Part shown: piece by piece, positions 1 through 10,009 of the stretch
Layout: every line of letters begins with the position of its first letter
Position numbering within the stretch: position 1 is the stretch's first letter
Source of the DNA: an uncultured Janthinobacterium sp.
GTDB taxonomy: Bacteria > Vulcanimicrobiota > Vulcanimicrobiia > Vulcanimicrobiales > Vulcanimicrobiaceae
DNA: 17,971 bases
Assembly: GCA_964658025.1 (NCBI GenBank)
Contig: CAZZXB010000057.1
Span: 1 to 17,971 of the forward strand
Direction: 5' to 3'
Program-made: the position numbers and the translations under genes
Notes under the pieces: model-generated
What the model saw: only the letters and a program-made list of their open reading frames with translations
Database searches by the model: none
Told to the model about the DNA's origin: nothing

Positions 1-29
1 CCGCGCGGCGCGGCGCTCCATCGCTCGAA

Positions 30-56
30 TTTCTACCACGCGAAGCGGGGTAGAAA
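30..56. promoter_or_regulatory. Inverted repeat/hairpin upstream of the carboxylase gene (terminator, operator or RNA structure; role unknown)
   Basis: TTTCTACC(30-37)-A-CGC-GAA-GCG-G-GGTAGAAA(49-56): 8-bp outer arms, one mismatch, 3-bp inner stem; AT-rich relative to surroundings. Confidence 0.35.
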
Positions 57-95
57 CGTAAGGACACGCACGAAGATGCGCTGAAGCCGAGCGAC

Positions 96-2048
96 ATGAC
101 GCCGCTCGAGGCAAGCGTGCCGCACTTCGGACGCCTGCTCGTCGCCAATCGCGGCGAGATCGCCATCCGCATCGCACGCGCCGCGCGCGCCGCCGGCATC
201 GTGCCGCTCGGCGTCTACTCCGACGCCGATCGCGACGCCGCGCACGTCGCCGCAATGGACGACGCGGCGTACCTCGGGCCGAGCCCGGCCGCCGAATCGT
301 ATCTGGATCCCGAGCGGATCCTCGCGGCGGCGCGCGCGCTACGCGCCGACGCCGTGCATCCCGGCTACGGCTTTCTCTCCGAGCGCGCGTCGTTCGCGCG
401 AGCGGTCGGCGACGCCGGCCTCACCTTCGTCGGCCCGTCGCCGGACGCGATCGCCGCGCTCGGCGACAAGCGCGCGGCGAAACGCCACGCGCGTGCGATC
501 GGGGTTCCGGTCGTCCCCGGCTACGACGGCGACGATCAGGCCGACGGCGCGCTCCGCGCGGCGGCCGAGGCGCTCGGCGTCCCGCTCGCGATCAAGGCGA
601 GCGCGGGAGGCGGCGGGCGCGGCATACGGATCGTGCACGATCTCGCCGAGTTCGACGACGCGCTCGCGGCCGCGCGTCGCGAAGCGCGCGCGGCGTTCGG
701 CGACGATGCGATGCTGCTCGAACGATTCGTCGAGGCACCTCGGCACGTCGAGTTCCAGATCCTCGGCGATCGCTTCGGGACGACGATCCATCTCGGCGAA
801 CGCGATTGTTCGGTCCAACGCCGTCGCCAAAAACTCGTCGAGGAAGCGCCGTCGCCCGCGCTCGATCCCGACTCGCGCGCGCGGATGGGCGAAGCGGCGA
901 TCGCCATCGCGCGATCCGTGGGCTACACGAACGCCGGGACGGTCGAATTCTTACTCGATCGCGACGGTGCGTTCTACTTTCTGGAACTCAACGCGCGCTT
1001 GCAGGTCGAACATCCGGTGACCGAGCTCGCGTTCGGCGTCGATCTCGTCGCGCTCCAACTCGCGATCGCGCGCGGCGAGCCGATCCCGTTCGCGCAGGCC
1101 GACGTCGCGCCGCGGGGCTGGGCGATCGAAGCGCGCGTGAACGCCGAAGACCCCGCAACCGGGCTTCCCGCGATCGGCAGGATCGCGCGCTTCGAACCGC
1201 CCGCGGGCCCGCATCTCCGCCTCGACGCGGGCTTCCGCGGCGGCGACGAGATCACGGTCCACTACGATTCGCTGCTCGCGAAACTCATCGCCTTCGGCCC
1301 CGATCGGGCGACCGCGCTCGCGCGCCTCACCGTGGGTCTCGAGAGCTTCGTCGTGACCGGCGTTCCGACGAACTTGCCGCTCCTCGCCGCGATCGTTCGG
1401 GACCGAAGCTTTCGCGACGGCGAGGCGACGACCGCGTTTCTCGAAGTCCGCGCGGACGCGCTCGCGCGCGATGCGGAATCCGAACCGAGCGAGGTCGTCG
1501 CGCTCGCGATCGGCGCGCTCCTAGCGACGCCCGCGTCGTGGCGACTCTGCGACGTGGGCCGCGCGTTCCGTCTGCGCGGTGCGACGCGGACGTACGCCGT
1601 CGTCGCTTCGCGCGCGCGCGAACCGGACGCGTGGGAATTCGCGGGGGACCTCGAGGGCGTCGCGCGGTTCGAGCGCGCCGGGGATCACGTCGCGCTCGTA
1701 CGCGACGGGCGCCGGACGGGCGCGACCGTTTCGATCGGACCGGCCGACGTCACCGCGATCGCCGACGGCCGCACGTACCGCTTCGCGACGGACGTCGCGA
1801 TCGAACGCGACGCCGCGGCGGCGGAGACGGGCGGCGGCGGCGCGATCGTCGCGCCGATGCCCGGGACCGTCCTCGACGCGCGCGTGCGTCCGGGAGACAC
1901 GGTCGCGGCACGCGATTTGCTCGTCGTGCTCGAAGCGATGAAGATGGAACATCGCATCGAAGCGACGCGCGCCGGGGTCGTGCGCAGCGTGAACGTAGAA
2001 CCGGGCTCGGTCGTCCGTGGCGGCGCGATCCTCGTGGAGTTGGAATGA
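96..2048 (+). CDS. Biotin-dependent acyl-CoA carboxylase alpha subunit (biotin carboxylase + biotin carrier), probably 3-methylcrotonyl-CoA carboxylase alpha (LiuD/MccA-like)
   Basis: LVANRGEIA, HPGYGFLSE, KASAGGGGRG, ERDCSVQRRRQK, FLELNARLQVEHPVTE; C-terminal EAMKM biotinylation motif; coupled to HMG-CoA lyase. Substrate assignment rests on context only. Confidence 0.92.
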   Translation: MTPLEASVPHFGRLLVANRGEIAIRIARAARAAGIVPLGVYSDADRDAAHVAAMDDAAYLGPSPAAESYLDPERILAAARALRADAVHPGYGFLSERASFARAVGDAGLTFVGPSPDAIAALGDKRAAKRHARAIGVPVVPGYDGDDQADGALRAAAEALGVPLAIKASAGGGGRGIRIVHDLAEFDDALAAARREARAAFGDDAMLLERFVEAPRHVEFQILGDRFGTTIHLGERDCSVQRRRQKLVEEAPSPALDPDSRARMGEAAIAIARSVGYTNAGTVEFLLDRDGAFYFLELNARLQVEHPVTELAFGVDLVALQLAIARGEPIPFAQADVAPRGWAIEARVNAEDPATGLPAIGRIARFEPPAGPHLRLDAGFRGGDEITVHYDSLLAKLIAFGPDRATALARLTVGLESFVVTGVPTNLPLLAAIVRDRSFRDGEATTAFLEVRADALARDAESEPSEVVALAIGALLATPASWRLCDVGRAFRLRGATRTYAVVASRAREPDAWEFAGDLEGVARFERAGDHVALVRDGRRTGATVSIGPADVTAIADGRTYRFATDVAIERDAAAAETGGGGAIVAPMPGTVLDARVRPGDTVAARDLLVVLEAMKMEHRIEATRAGVVRSVNVEPGSVVRGGAILVELE

Positions 2049-2989
2049 TCGACGATCCTTCGCTCGGCCCGTTGCCCGAGCGCGTGAAAGTCTGCGAGAT
2101 GGGACCGCGCGACGGGCTGCAGAACGAATCGGCGCTCGTCCCGACGGCGGACAAGATCCGATACGTCGACCTCCTCTCGAGAAGCGGATTGCCGCTCGTC
2201 GAGACGACGTCGTTCGTGCGCCCGAACGCGATCCCGCAGCTCACCGACGCCGAAGCCGTGTTCGCCGGCATCGCGCGGCGTCCGGGCGTCGCCTACGTTT
2301 GTTTGGTCCCCAACATGCGCGGCTTCGCGCGGGCGAGCGCGGCCGGCGTGCGCGAGATCGCCGTGTTCGGCGCGGCCTCGGAGACGTTTTCGAAGCGCAA
2401 CATCAACATGACGGTCGCCGATTCGCTCGCGACGTTTCGCGAGGTGGTCAAAGCCGCGCGTGCCGAGGACATGTGGGTGCGCGGGTACGTGTCGACCGCG
2501 TTCGGGTGTCCGTTCGAGGGCGACGTTCCGGTCGAAGCCGTCGTGCGCGTCGCGAGCGCTTTCGCCGAACTCGGCGTCGACGAGATCTCGATCGGCGACA
2601 CGATCGGCGTCGCCACGCCGAACGGCGTGACCGCGGTCGCGGGCGCACTGCAATCCGAGATGCCCGTCGAACGCCTCGCGATGCACTTTCACGATACGCG
2701 CGGAACCGCGCTCGCGAACGTCCTCGCCGCGCTCCGCATGCGCGTCTCGATCTTCGACAGCGCGAGCGGCGGCACGGGCGGATGTCCGTTCGCCCCGGGC
2801 GCGACGGGGAATCTCGCGACGGAAGACCTGCTCTATCTCCTCCACGGCATGGGTATCGAAACGGGCGTCGATCTCGACCTCGTGCGCGACGCGACGCGCT
2901 TCATCGAAGGCGTGCTCGGCGCGCCCGTCGCGTCGCGCGCGTATCGCGCGCTCGAGGCCGCGTCGGCTCGCGCGAGCGTGGCCTCGTGA
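2045..2989 (+). CDS. Hydroxymethylglutaryl-CoA lyase (LiuE/HmgL-like), 314 aa
   Basis: C-terminal part of ORF 806..2989; ATG at 2045 overlaps the upstream stop (ATGA). Motifs PRDGLQNE, HFHDTRG (metal His pair), GGCPFAPGATGN (catalytic Cys). Confidence 0.95.
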   Translation: MIDDPSLGPLPERVKVCEMGPRDGLQNESALVPTADKIRYVDLLSRSGLPLVETTSFVRPNAIPQLTDAEAVFAGIARRPGVAYVCLVPNMRGFARASAAGVREIAVFGAASETFSKRNINMTVADSLATFREVVKAARAEDMWVRGYVSTAFGCPFEGDVPVEAVVRVASAFAELGVDEISIGDTIGVATPNGVTAVAGALQSEMPVERLAMHFHDTRGTALANVLAALRMRVSIFDSASGGTGGCPFAPGATGNLATEDLLYLLHGMGIETGVDLDLVRDATRFIEGVLGAPVASRAYRALEAASARASVAS

Positions 2990-4194
2990 ACGCGGAACGC
3001 TTCCCCGCCGTCGTCGCGGCGGCGGCCGAGGGACGGATCCTCGTGGATAACGCCGCCGGCGCCCAACTCCCCGATCTCGCGCTCGATCGGATGGCGCGCT
3101 ATCTCGGCTTCGACAACGCGCAGAAGGGCGCGCTCTTCACGCGAACGCGCGCCGCGAGCGCGCTCGTCGACGAGGCGAAGACCGAGATCGCGACGTTACT
3201 CGGAACCGACGTCGCGCGCGTCGGCATCGGCGCGAACGCCACCTCGATCGCGTTCTCGCTCGCGCGACTCCTCGCACCGAGTTTCGGTCGCGGGGATCGG
3301 ATCGTCGTGACCGCGGCGGATCACGAAGCGAACGTCGCGCCGTGGGTCGCGCTACGCCGGTTCGGCGCGCAGATCGACGTGGTGCCCGTCGACGCGCAGG
3401 GCGATCTCGACGAAGCGAAATATCGCGCGATGCTCGAGCGCGGCCCGAAGCTCGTCGCCCTCCCGTGGGCCTCGAACGTGACGGGGTCGGTCTACGACGT
3501 CCCGCGCCTCGCGGCCCTCGCGAAAGCGGCGGGCGCGATCGTCGTCGTCGACGGCGTGCAGGCGCTCCCGCACTTCGCGCTCGATCTCGGGCCCGCGATC
3601 GATTTCATGATGGTCTCCGCGTACAAGATCTACGCGCCGCATCTCGGCTTCTGGTACGCGAGCGCGGAACTCGCCGAGCGGCTGATCCATGCCGACGACG
3701 CCTTCGTCCCCGGCGGCGACGCGCGATATTGGACGCTCGAGTGCGGCACGCAGAGCCACGAAGGGCTCGCGGGTTGGCTCGGAACGATCGCCTATCTGCG
3801 CGAGATCGATCCGAACGTTCGCGAAGCGATCGAGACGATCGCGCGGTACGAAGAGCGACTCTCCGCCTACGCGCGCGAGGGGTTCGCCGCGCGTGCGGAT
3901 CGCGTGCGCCTCTACGGCCGACCCGCGAGCGCGCCGCGCCTCCCCGTGTTCGCCTTCAACGTCGCGGGCGTCTCGGGCGAGACGCTCGCCGCGGAACTCG
4001 ACGAAGCGAAGATCGAAGCGCGCTTCGGCGATTACTACGCGCCGCGTTTGCTCGAAGCCCTCGCGCCCGACCGCGGGGCGAGCGCGATGCGCCTGAGCTT
4101 CGCGCACTACAACACGCACGACGACGTCGATCGGTGTTTCGCCGCGATCGACGCGACGATCGCGAAGCACCCCGCCGAACTCATCCGGCGCTGA
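2986..4194 (+). CDS. PLP-dependent aminotransferase class V, cysteine-desulfurase-like (VC1184-type, lacking the catalytic Cys), 402 aa
   Basis: GTG at 2986 overlaps the upstream stop (GTGA). DNAAGAQ, DHEANVAPW, SNVTG, VDGVQ, SAYK (PLP lysine), RLSFAHYNT; RFGDYYA where SufS has RxGHHCA. Confidence 0.88.
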   Translation: MNAERFPAVVAAAAEGRILVDNAAGAQLPDLALDRMARYLGFDNAQKGALFTRTRAASALVDEAKTEIATLLGTDVARVGIGANATSIAFSLARLLAPSFGRGDRIVVTAADHEANVAPWVALRRFGAQIDVVPVDAQGDLDEAKYRAMLERGPKLVALPWASNVTGSVYDVPRLAALAKAAGAIVVVDGVQALPHFALDLGPAIDFMMVSAYKIYAPHLGFWYASAELAERLIHADDAFVPGGDARYWTLECGTQSHEGLAGWLGTIAYLREIDPNVREAIETIARYEERLSAYAREGFAARADRVRLYGRPASAPRLPVFAFNVAGVSGETLAAELDEAKIEARFGDYYAPRLLEALAPDRGASAMRLSFAHYNTHDDVDRCFAAIDATIAKHPAELIRR

Positions 4195-4215
4195 AGCGAT
4201 GAAGACGACCGGACG

Positions 4216-5397
4216 ATGAGCGGGCGCTCTCCGCTTGCGGGCCTGCGGCTCGCGCTCCTCGCGCCGATCTCGCGCGCGATCCCGCCGCGCGGCTACGGGC
4301 CCTGGGAGCAAGTCGCCTACGACATCGCGCACGGGATGCGCGCGCGCGGGCTCGACGTCACGCTCTTCGCGTCGGGCGATTCGCACGTCGACACGGCGCT
4401 CGAATCCGTCGTACCGTACGGGCTCGATGAGGATCCCGCACGTGACGGCGATATCGCGACCGCGCTCCACATCGGCAACTTCTTCCGCCGCGCGCGCGAG
4501 TTCGATCTGCTCCACAACAATTTCGATTGGAAGCCGCTCACGTACGCGCTCGGAACGACCGATCCGCCGCTCGTGACGACCATCCACGGCTTTTCCTCGC
4601 CCGCGATCCTCGACGCGTACTACGCGGGCGCGGAGCGGAGCTTCTACTGTTCGATCAGCGACGCCGATCGCGATCCCGGCCTCGACTATCTCGGCACGAC
4701 CTACAACGGGATCGATCCGCAAGCGTTCGCGTTCGTCGAGCGACCGGGCGACTATCTCGTGTTCCTCGCGCGCTTCCATCCCGAGAAGGGCGCGCATCTC
4801 GCGATCGAGATCGCGAAGCGCGCCGGCGTGCGGCTCGTCATCGCGGGGATCCCGCAGGATCGCGAGCACTTCGAGCGCGACGTCGCGCCGCACGTCGACG
4901 GCGATCGCGTGCGCTTCGTCGGGCCGGTCGAACGCGAAGCGCGGAACGCGCTCCTCGGCGGCGCGCTCGCGCTCGTGCACATGACGACGCGGCCGGAACG
5001 CTTCGGCCTCACGCTCGTCGAAGCGATGGCCTGCGGGACGCCCGTCCTCGGGGCACGCATGGGATCGATCCCGGAGATCGTCGTCGACGGCGCGACGGGG
5101 TTTCTCTGCGACACGGTCGACGACGCGGTCGCGCGCGTCCCGGACCTCGCGGCGCTCGATCGCCGCGCCTGTCGCGCGCACGTCGAGGCGAACTTCTCGG
5201 TCGATCGGATGGTCGATCGTTACCTCGATGCGTACGTCCGCGCGCTCGCGATCCGCACGCCGATCGTTCCGGGACCCGCGCGATTTCGCGCACGCGACCA
5301 CGATCATTACGATCGTCCGATGGCGTTCACCGATCTGCCGCCGAGGCCGCGTGCGGCGCCCGCGAAACCGAGCGCGCGCGAACGGGCGGCGACGTGA
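4216..5397 (+). CDS. Glycosyltransferase family 4 (GT-B fold)
   Basis: PPRGYGPWE, VTTIHG, RFHPEKG, ERFGLTLVEAMACGTPV (EX7E motif), EIVVDGATGFL. Confidence 0.92.
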   Translation: MSGRSPLAGLRLALLAPISRAIPPRGYGPWEQVAYDIAHGMRARGLDVTLFASGDSHVDTALESVVPYGLDEDPARDGDIATALHIGNFFRRAREFDLLHNNFDWKPLTYALGTTDPPLVTTIHGFSSPAILDAYYAGAERSFYCSISDADRDPGLDYLGTTYNGIDPQAFAFVERPGDYLVFLARFHPEKGAHLAIEIAKRAGVRLVIAGIPQDREHFERDVAPHVDGDRVRFVGPVEREARNALLGGALALVHMTTRPERFGLTLVEAMACGTPVLGARMGSIPEIVVDGATGFLCDTVDDAVARVPDLAALDRRACRAHVEANFSVDRMVDRYLDAYVRALAIRTPIVPGPARFRARDHDHYDRPMAFTDLPPRPRAAPAKPSARERAAT

Positions 5398-5888
5398 CCC
5401 GGCGTGCCCGCGCGACGCTATTCGTCGTCGCGCTGCTCGCGATCGCGATCGGCGTGCTGCGTTTCGTCCGCCCGCGCAAACGCGGCGGCAACGGCGAGCC
5501 GCACGACGATTCGTTCGTCGCGCTACGGTCGTTGCGCGAAGCGCGCGACATGGACCACACGGCCGTCATCATGCAGGGCGGCGACGGCGACCGCATCTAC
5601 CTGACGGTTCCGACGAAGTACGTCCGTTGCGGCGAGACGGCGCTGCGCGCGTTGCTCGCGCTCTTCGACGGCATCGGTTGCCGCAAACCCGCTTCCGCCG
5701 CGCTCTCGTTCGAACTCGCCCCCGTCGGGAGCGGGGTGTACGGCGGCTCGGACGGCGGCCAGATCGTCGACGGCGTGTGGGTCCACCCCGAATTCGAAGC
5801 GCGCGGATTACGTGCGATCGCGGCGAGCGTCATCGCGGGCGAAACGCCGATCGGCGACGCGCGCGAGCGTTTTCGTCGCCCGCTCTGA
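5394..5888 (+). CDS. Hypothetical protein with N-terminal membrane anchor, 164 aa
   Basis: GTG at 5394 overlaps the GT4 stop (GTGA). Hydrophobic LFVVALLAIAIGVL flanked by basic residues, then a globular-looking domain; ends 26 nt before the convergent purK stop. Confidence 0.7.
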   Translation: MTRRARATLFVVALLAIAIGVLRFVRPRKRGGNGEPHDDSFVALRSLREARDMDHTAVIMQGGDGDRIYLTVPTKYVRCGETALRALLALFDGIGCRKPASAALSFELAPVGSGVYGGSDGGQIVDGVWVHPEFEARGLRAIAASVIAGETPIGDARERFRRPL

Positions 5889-5914
5889 GCGAGACCGCTA
5901 ACGACCGCATCGCC

Positions 5915-7032
5915 TCACGACCAAAACAACTTCGCCGCGCCGCGTTCCGCGCGTTCGAGGGCGATATCGCTCGACGGGGCCAGGACGGTGAAGTGCGCCA
6001 TCTTGCGGCGGAGCGCGGCGTGGGTCTTGCCGTAGACGTGCAGTTTGAGATCGGGGTCGCGTAAGAGTTCGTCGATGCCGCCGAGCGTATCGCCCGTACC
6101 CGCGCCGAGGACGTTCATCATCACGGCCGGCTCGAAGAGTTTCGGCGGGACGAGCGGCAGGTCGCAGATCGCGCGGACGTGCGCCTCGTACTGCGAGAGC
6201 TGCATCGCGTCGAGCGAGTAATGGCCGCTGTTGTGGACGCGCGGCGCGATCTCGTTCACGAGCACGTCGTCGCCCGCGACGAAGAACTCGACGCAGTAGG
6301 CACCGACGATCGCGAGGCGCTCGCCGATCGTCGTCGCGTCCGCGCGTACGCGTTCGGCGACGCGCGCGTCGATGCGCGCGGGGACGATCGTCGTGACGAG
6401 CACGCCGCGATCGTGACGGTTCTCCGTCGCCGGAAACGCGACGATCGTGCCGTCGGCGCCGCGCGCGCAGATGATCGAGACCTCGCGATCGAAGGCCACG
6501 AATCGTTCGTAGATGAGCGGCACGCCCTTCGATTCCGAAAACGCGGCGCGCGCGGCCCCGGCGTCGCGAACGACCCACTGGCCCTTCCCGTCGTAACCGC
6601 CGCGCGCGGTTTTCACGACCGCGGGGAATCCGATCTCGGCGATCGCCGCGTCGAGCGACGCGGCGTCGGTCACCGACGCGAACGGCGCGACCGTGCAGCC
6701 GACGTCGCGCACGAACGACTTCTCCAAGATCCGATCTTGCGTGATGCGCAGCGCGTCGCCGCTCGGACGGACGTTGCGCCCCTGCGCTTCCAGTAATCGC
6801 ACCGAGGCGAGCGGGATGTTCTCGAACTCGTACGTCACCACGTCGGAGCGCGCGCCGAGCTCGCCGAGCGCGCGTTCGTCGTCGTAGGCGGCGACGATCT
6901 GCTCGTCCGCCACCTGACCGCACGGCGAGTTCGGTAACGGCTCGAGCACGACCACGCGGTAGCCCATCCGCTTCGCCTCGATCGTGAGCATCCGTCCGAG
7001 TTGTCCGCCGCCGAGGATGCCGATGCTCCGGA

Positions 7033-7036
<4 letters not shown>
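5915..7036 (-). CDS. purK: N5-carboxyaminoimidazole ribonucleotide synthase
   Basis: [36 protein letters not shown]; directly downstream of purE with 4-nt overlap. Confidence 0.97.
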
Positions 7037-7509
<473 letters not shown>

Positions 7510-7568
7510 GCGCGTCCGTTTCGCGCGCCCGCCGAGGGCGACCTCGACGGCGCGTTTAAGGTCGACGC

Positions 7569-8753
7569 ATGGCCCTCTTCCAGCTCGGCGTCAATTATTG
7601 GCCGCGGACGCAGGCGATGTCGATGTGGTCGCAGTTCGATCTCGCCGCGATCGACGACGACTTCGCGCGCATCCGCGCGCTCGGACTCCACGCGGTTCGT
7701 TTTTTCTTGCGCTGGTTCGATTTCGCGCCGGGTCCGACCGACGTCGACGCGACGGCGCTCGCGAATTTCGTCCGCGTGCTCGATTGCGCCGACCGCCACG
7801 GACTCGTGACGATGCCGACGCTCTTCTGCGGGCACATGAGCGGCGCGAACTATCTCCCGTCGTGGACGCTCGACGAGGGCACGTCGGCCGGACGCTTCCG
7901 GACGATCACCGAACGCGGCGAATCGCCGTACGGCGTCGGCGACTTCTACACGGGCGATCTCCTGGAAGCGCAGCGCGAGCTCGCGCGCGAGCTCGGAATC
8001 CGCGCGCGCGACCATCGCGCGCTGCTCGCTTGGGATCTCGGCAACGAGTTCTCGAACCTGCGCGAACCGCGATCGCCGCGGGACGCCGCGCATTGGAGCG
8101 CGGCGCTCTCGCACGATCTCTTCGAGGCATCGAACGTCCGCGCGACGGGCGGCCTGCACGGTGAGGATCTCGAACGCGATCGCAACATCCGTCCGTCCTC
8201 GATCGCCGCGCCGTGGCCGTACGCGACGATGCACGGCTACTCGGCCTACAGCGCGTTCGCGCGCGGACGTCGCGATGCGGAGGTCGTGCCGTTCCTCGCC
8301 GACGTCACCGCATCGTGCGCGCGCAAGGCCGTGCTCTTCAGCGAGTTCGGGAACCCGGCGTGCCCGCCGGAGGGCGCGCCGCCGAACGGACCGGCGTGTC
8401 TTTCGGAACTCGAGATGGCCGACTACGCGCACTGCGTGCTCGATCGCCTGCAACATCGCGGCGCGCTCGGCGCGTACTGGTGGTGCTGGACCGATTACGC
8501 ACCCGAACTCGCGACGCGGCCACCGTTCGATCGCGCGCCGCACGAACTGCGGTTCGGGCTCGTGCGCGCGGACGGCACGGAGAAGCCCGTCGCGAAGACG
8601 CTCGCGGCCTTCGCACGCGAGCGTCGCACCGTGACCGAAGCCCGACCCGCGATCGTCGACGAAACCGCATACTTTCGCGATCTTCCGAACAGTCTCGACC
8701 GCGCGTACGCCGCCTACTGCGAGGAATACGGACTCGCGGGAGAACTCTCGTGA
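7569..8753 (+). CDS. Clan GH-A glycoside hydrolase, GH5-like (beta-mannosidase/mannanase-like), no signal peptide
   Basis: GVNYWP start, VRFFLRW, WDLGNE (acid/base Glu), HGY, FSEFG (nucleophile Glu), WWCW, E-x-x-FGL-x-R-x-DGxxKP. Confidence 0.88.
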   Translation: MALFQLGVNYWPRTQAMSMWSQFDLAAIDDDFARIRALGLHAVRFFLRWFDFAPGPTDVDATALANFVRVLDCADRHGLVTMPTLFCGHMSGANYLPSWTLDEGTSAGRFRTITERGESPYGVGDFYTGDLLEAQRELARELGIRARDHRALLAWDLGNEFSNLREPRSPRDAAHWSAALSHDLFEASNVRATGGLHGEDLERDRNIRPSSIAAPWPYATMHGYSAYSAFARGRRDAEVVPFLADVTASCARKAVLFSEFGNPACPPEGAPPNGPACLSELEMADYAHCVLDRLQHRGALGAYWWCWTDYAPELATRPPFDRAPHELRFGLVRADGTEKPVAKTLAAFARERRTVTEARPAIVDETAYFRDLPNSLDRAYAAYCEEYGLAGELS

Positions 8754-10009
8754 CGCCGCGTCGCGCGGCGATCGTCACCGGCGCGTCGTCGGGGATCGGA
8801 CGCGCGCTAGCCGATCGCGCCGCGCGCTCGGGTTACGACGTCCTCGCCGTCGGCCGCCGCGGCGAACGGCTCGAGCGCTTGCTCCTCGATCTCGAAGGCG
8901 CGCCCGGACGGCTCGTGACGCTCGCGCTCGATCTCCGCGAGCCGCGCGCGGCCGAACGCGTCGTCGAAGCGGCACGCGCGGCGTTCGGCCGGATCGACGT
9001 CCTCGTCAACAACGCGGGCGGCGTCGCCGTCGGGCCGATCGGCGAACAATCCGACGGCGCGATCGACGAACAACTCCGTACGCACGTCGCCGTGCCGCTC
9101 GCGCTCTTGCGCGAAGCGCTCCCGTCGCTCCGCGCGACGCGCGGGCACGTGTTCTTCGTCGGGAGCGGCGTCGCGCGCGTGCCCGTCGGCGGGCTCGGCG
9201 TCTATCCGGCGGCGAAAGCCGCCGTGCGGAACATGACGCGCATCGTGCGCAACGATCTCGCGAAAGACGGCATCGCGGTCACCTACGTCGATCCGGGAGC
9301 CGTCGCGAGCGAGTTCATGACGCGCGCCGGATTCGCGGGACCGCCCGCGTTCATCGCCGCGTCGCCGCATGCGGTCGCGCGCCGGATCTTCAAGGCGTTC
9401 CGTTCGCGCCGTCGCGTCGTGAACGCGGTACCGTGGCAAACCGTCGTCGTCGGAATCGGCGAGGCGTTCCCGGCGCTCGCCGATTTCGTGCTCTCGCGCG
9501 CGGGCGACGTGGTGGGGACGCAATCGCAGCCATCGCCGAGGAGCGACGCGCCGCCGCAACCGTCGGGGAGCGACGCACCATCGCGATCGTCCGGTAGCGA
9601 GGCGACACCGCAACCATCGGCGAGCGATACGCCGTCGCGATCGTCCGGTAGCGTGGCGACACCGCGACTACCGGCGAGCGACGCACCGGCCGAAGCGGCG
9701 CACGATACCGCCGGGCCTCCGGCCTCGAACGCGTCGGCCGAGCGCGCCCCGGCTTCGGCGCTCGCGGCCGTACTCGAACCGATCGCATCGCGGATGGAGC
9801 GGAACAAGTTTCGCGAGACGTACGTTCGCTCGCTCCTCGAACCCGGGCGCGAACTCGAAACCGCGAGCGTCGCCGCGAACTGGGCGGGAATGCCGAACAA
9901 GATCGAGCGGCGCATCACGCACGAAGCGCTCGAACTCTTAGCCGATGCCGGCTATCTCGCGCGCGTCGGCGAGGAACGTTATCGGGTCGAGCGCGCGCCC
10001 GAGGGCTGA
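8750..10009 (+). CDS. Short-chain dehydrogenase/reductase with Ser/Pro repeat linker and extra C-terminal domain, 419 aa
   Basis: GTG at 8750 overlaps the GH5 stop (GTGA). TGASSGIG, DVLVNNAG, Ser in VGSG, YPAAK (YxxxK). Confidence 0.9.
   Translation: MTPRRAAIVTGASSGIGRALADRAARSGYDVLAVGRRGERLERLLLDLEGAPGRLVTLALDLREPRAAERVVEAARAAFGRIDVLVNNAGGVAVGPIGEQSDGAIDEQLRTHVAVPLALLREALPSLRATRGHVFFVGSGVARVPVGGLGVYPAAKAAVRNMTRIVRNDLAKDGIAVTYVDPGAVASEFMTRAGFAGPPAFIAASPHAVARRIFKAFRSRRRVVNAVPWQTVVVGIGEAFPALADFVLSRAGDVVGTQSQPSPRSDAPPQPSGSDAPSRSSGSEATPQPSASDTPSRSSGSVATPRLPASDAPAEAAHDTAGPPASNASAERAPASALAAVLEPIASRMERNKFRETYVRSLLEPGRELETASVAANWAGMPNKIERRITHEALELLADAGYLARVGEERYRVERAPEG
9524..9688 (+). repeat. In-frame degenerate tandem repeat (27-nt units organised as 54-nt higher-order repeats) encoding a Ser/Pro linker
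   Basis: SQPSPRSDAP / PQPSGSDAP / SRSSGSEAT / PQPSASDTP / SRSSGSVAT / PRLPASDAP; exact 19-mer TCGCGATCGTCCGGTAGCG at 9581 and 9635 (54 nt apart). Confidence 0.85.

Noticed and set aside
1..21. Start of a divergent minus-strand gene (ATG at 21, MERRAAR...)
   Set aside because: Only 7 codons are visible at the window edge; cannot be supported.
2986..4194. Calling the gene sufS/iscS
   Set aside because: Catalytic Cys motif absent and no Fe-S assembly genes nearby.
9524..9688. CRISPR array or mobile-element repeat
   Set aside because: Units are contiguous, degenerate and in frame within a CDS; no unique spacers or cas genes.
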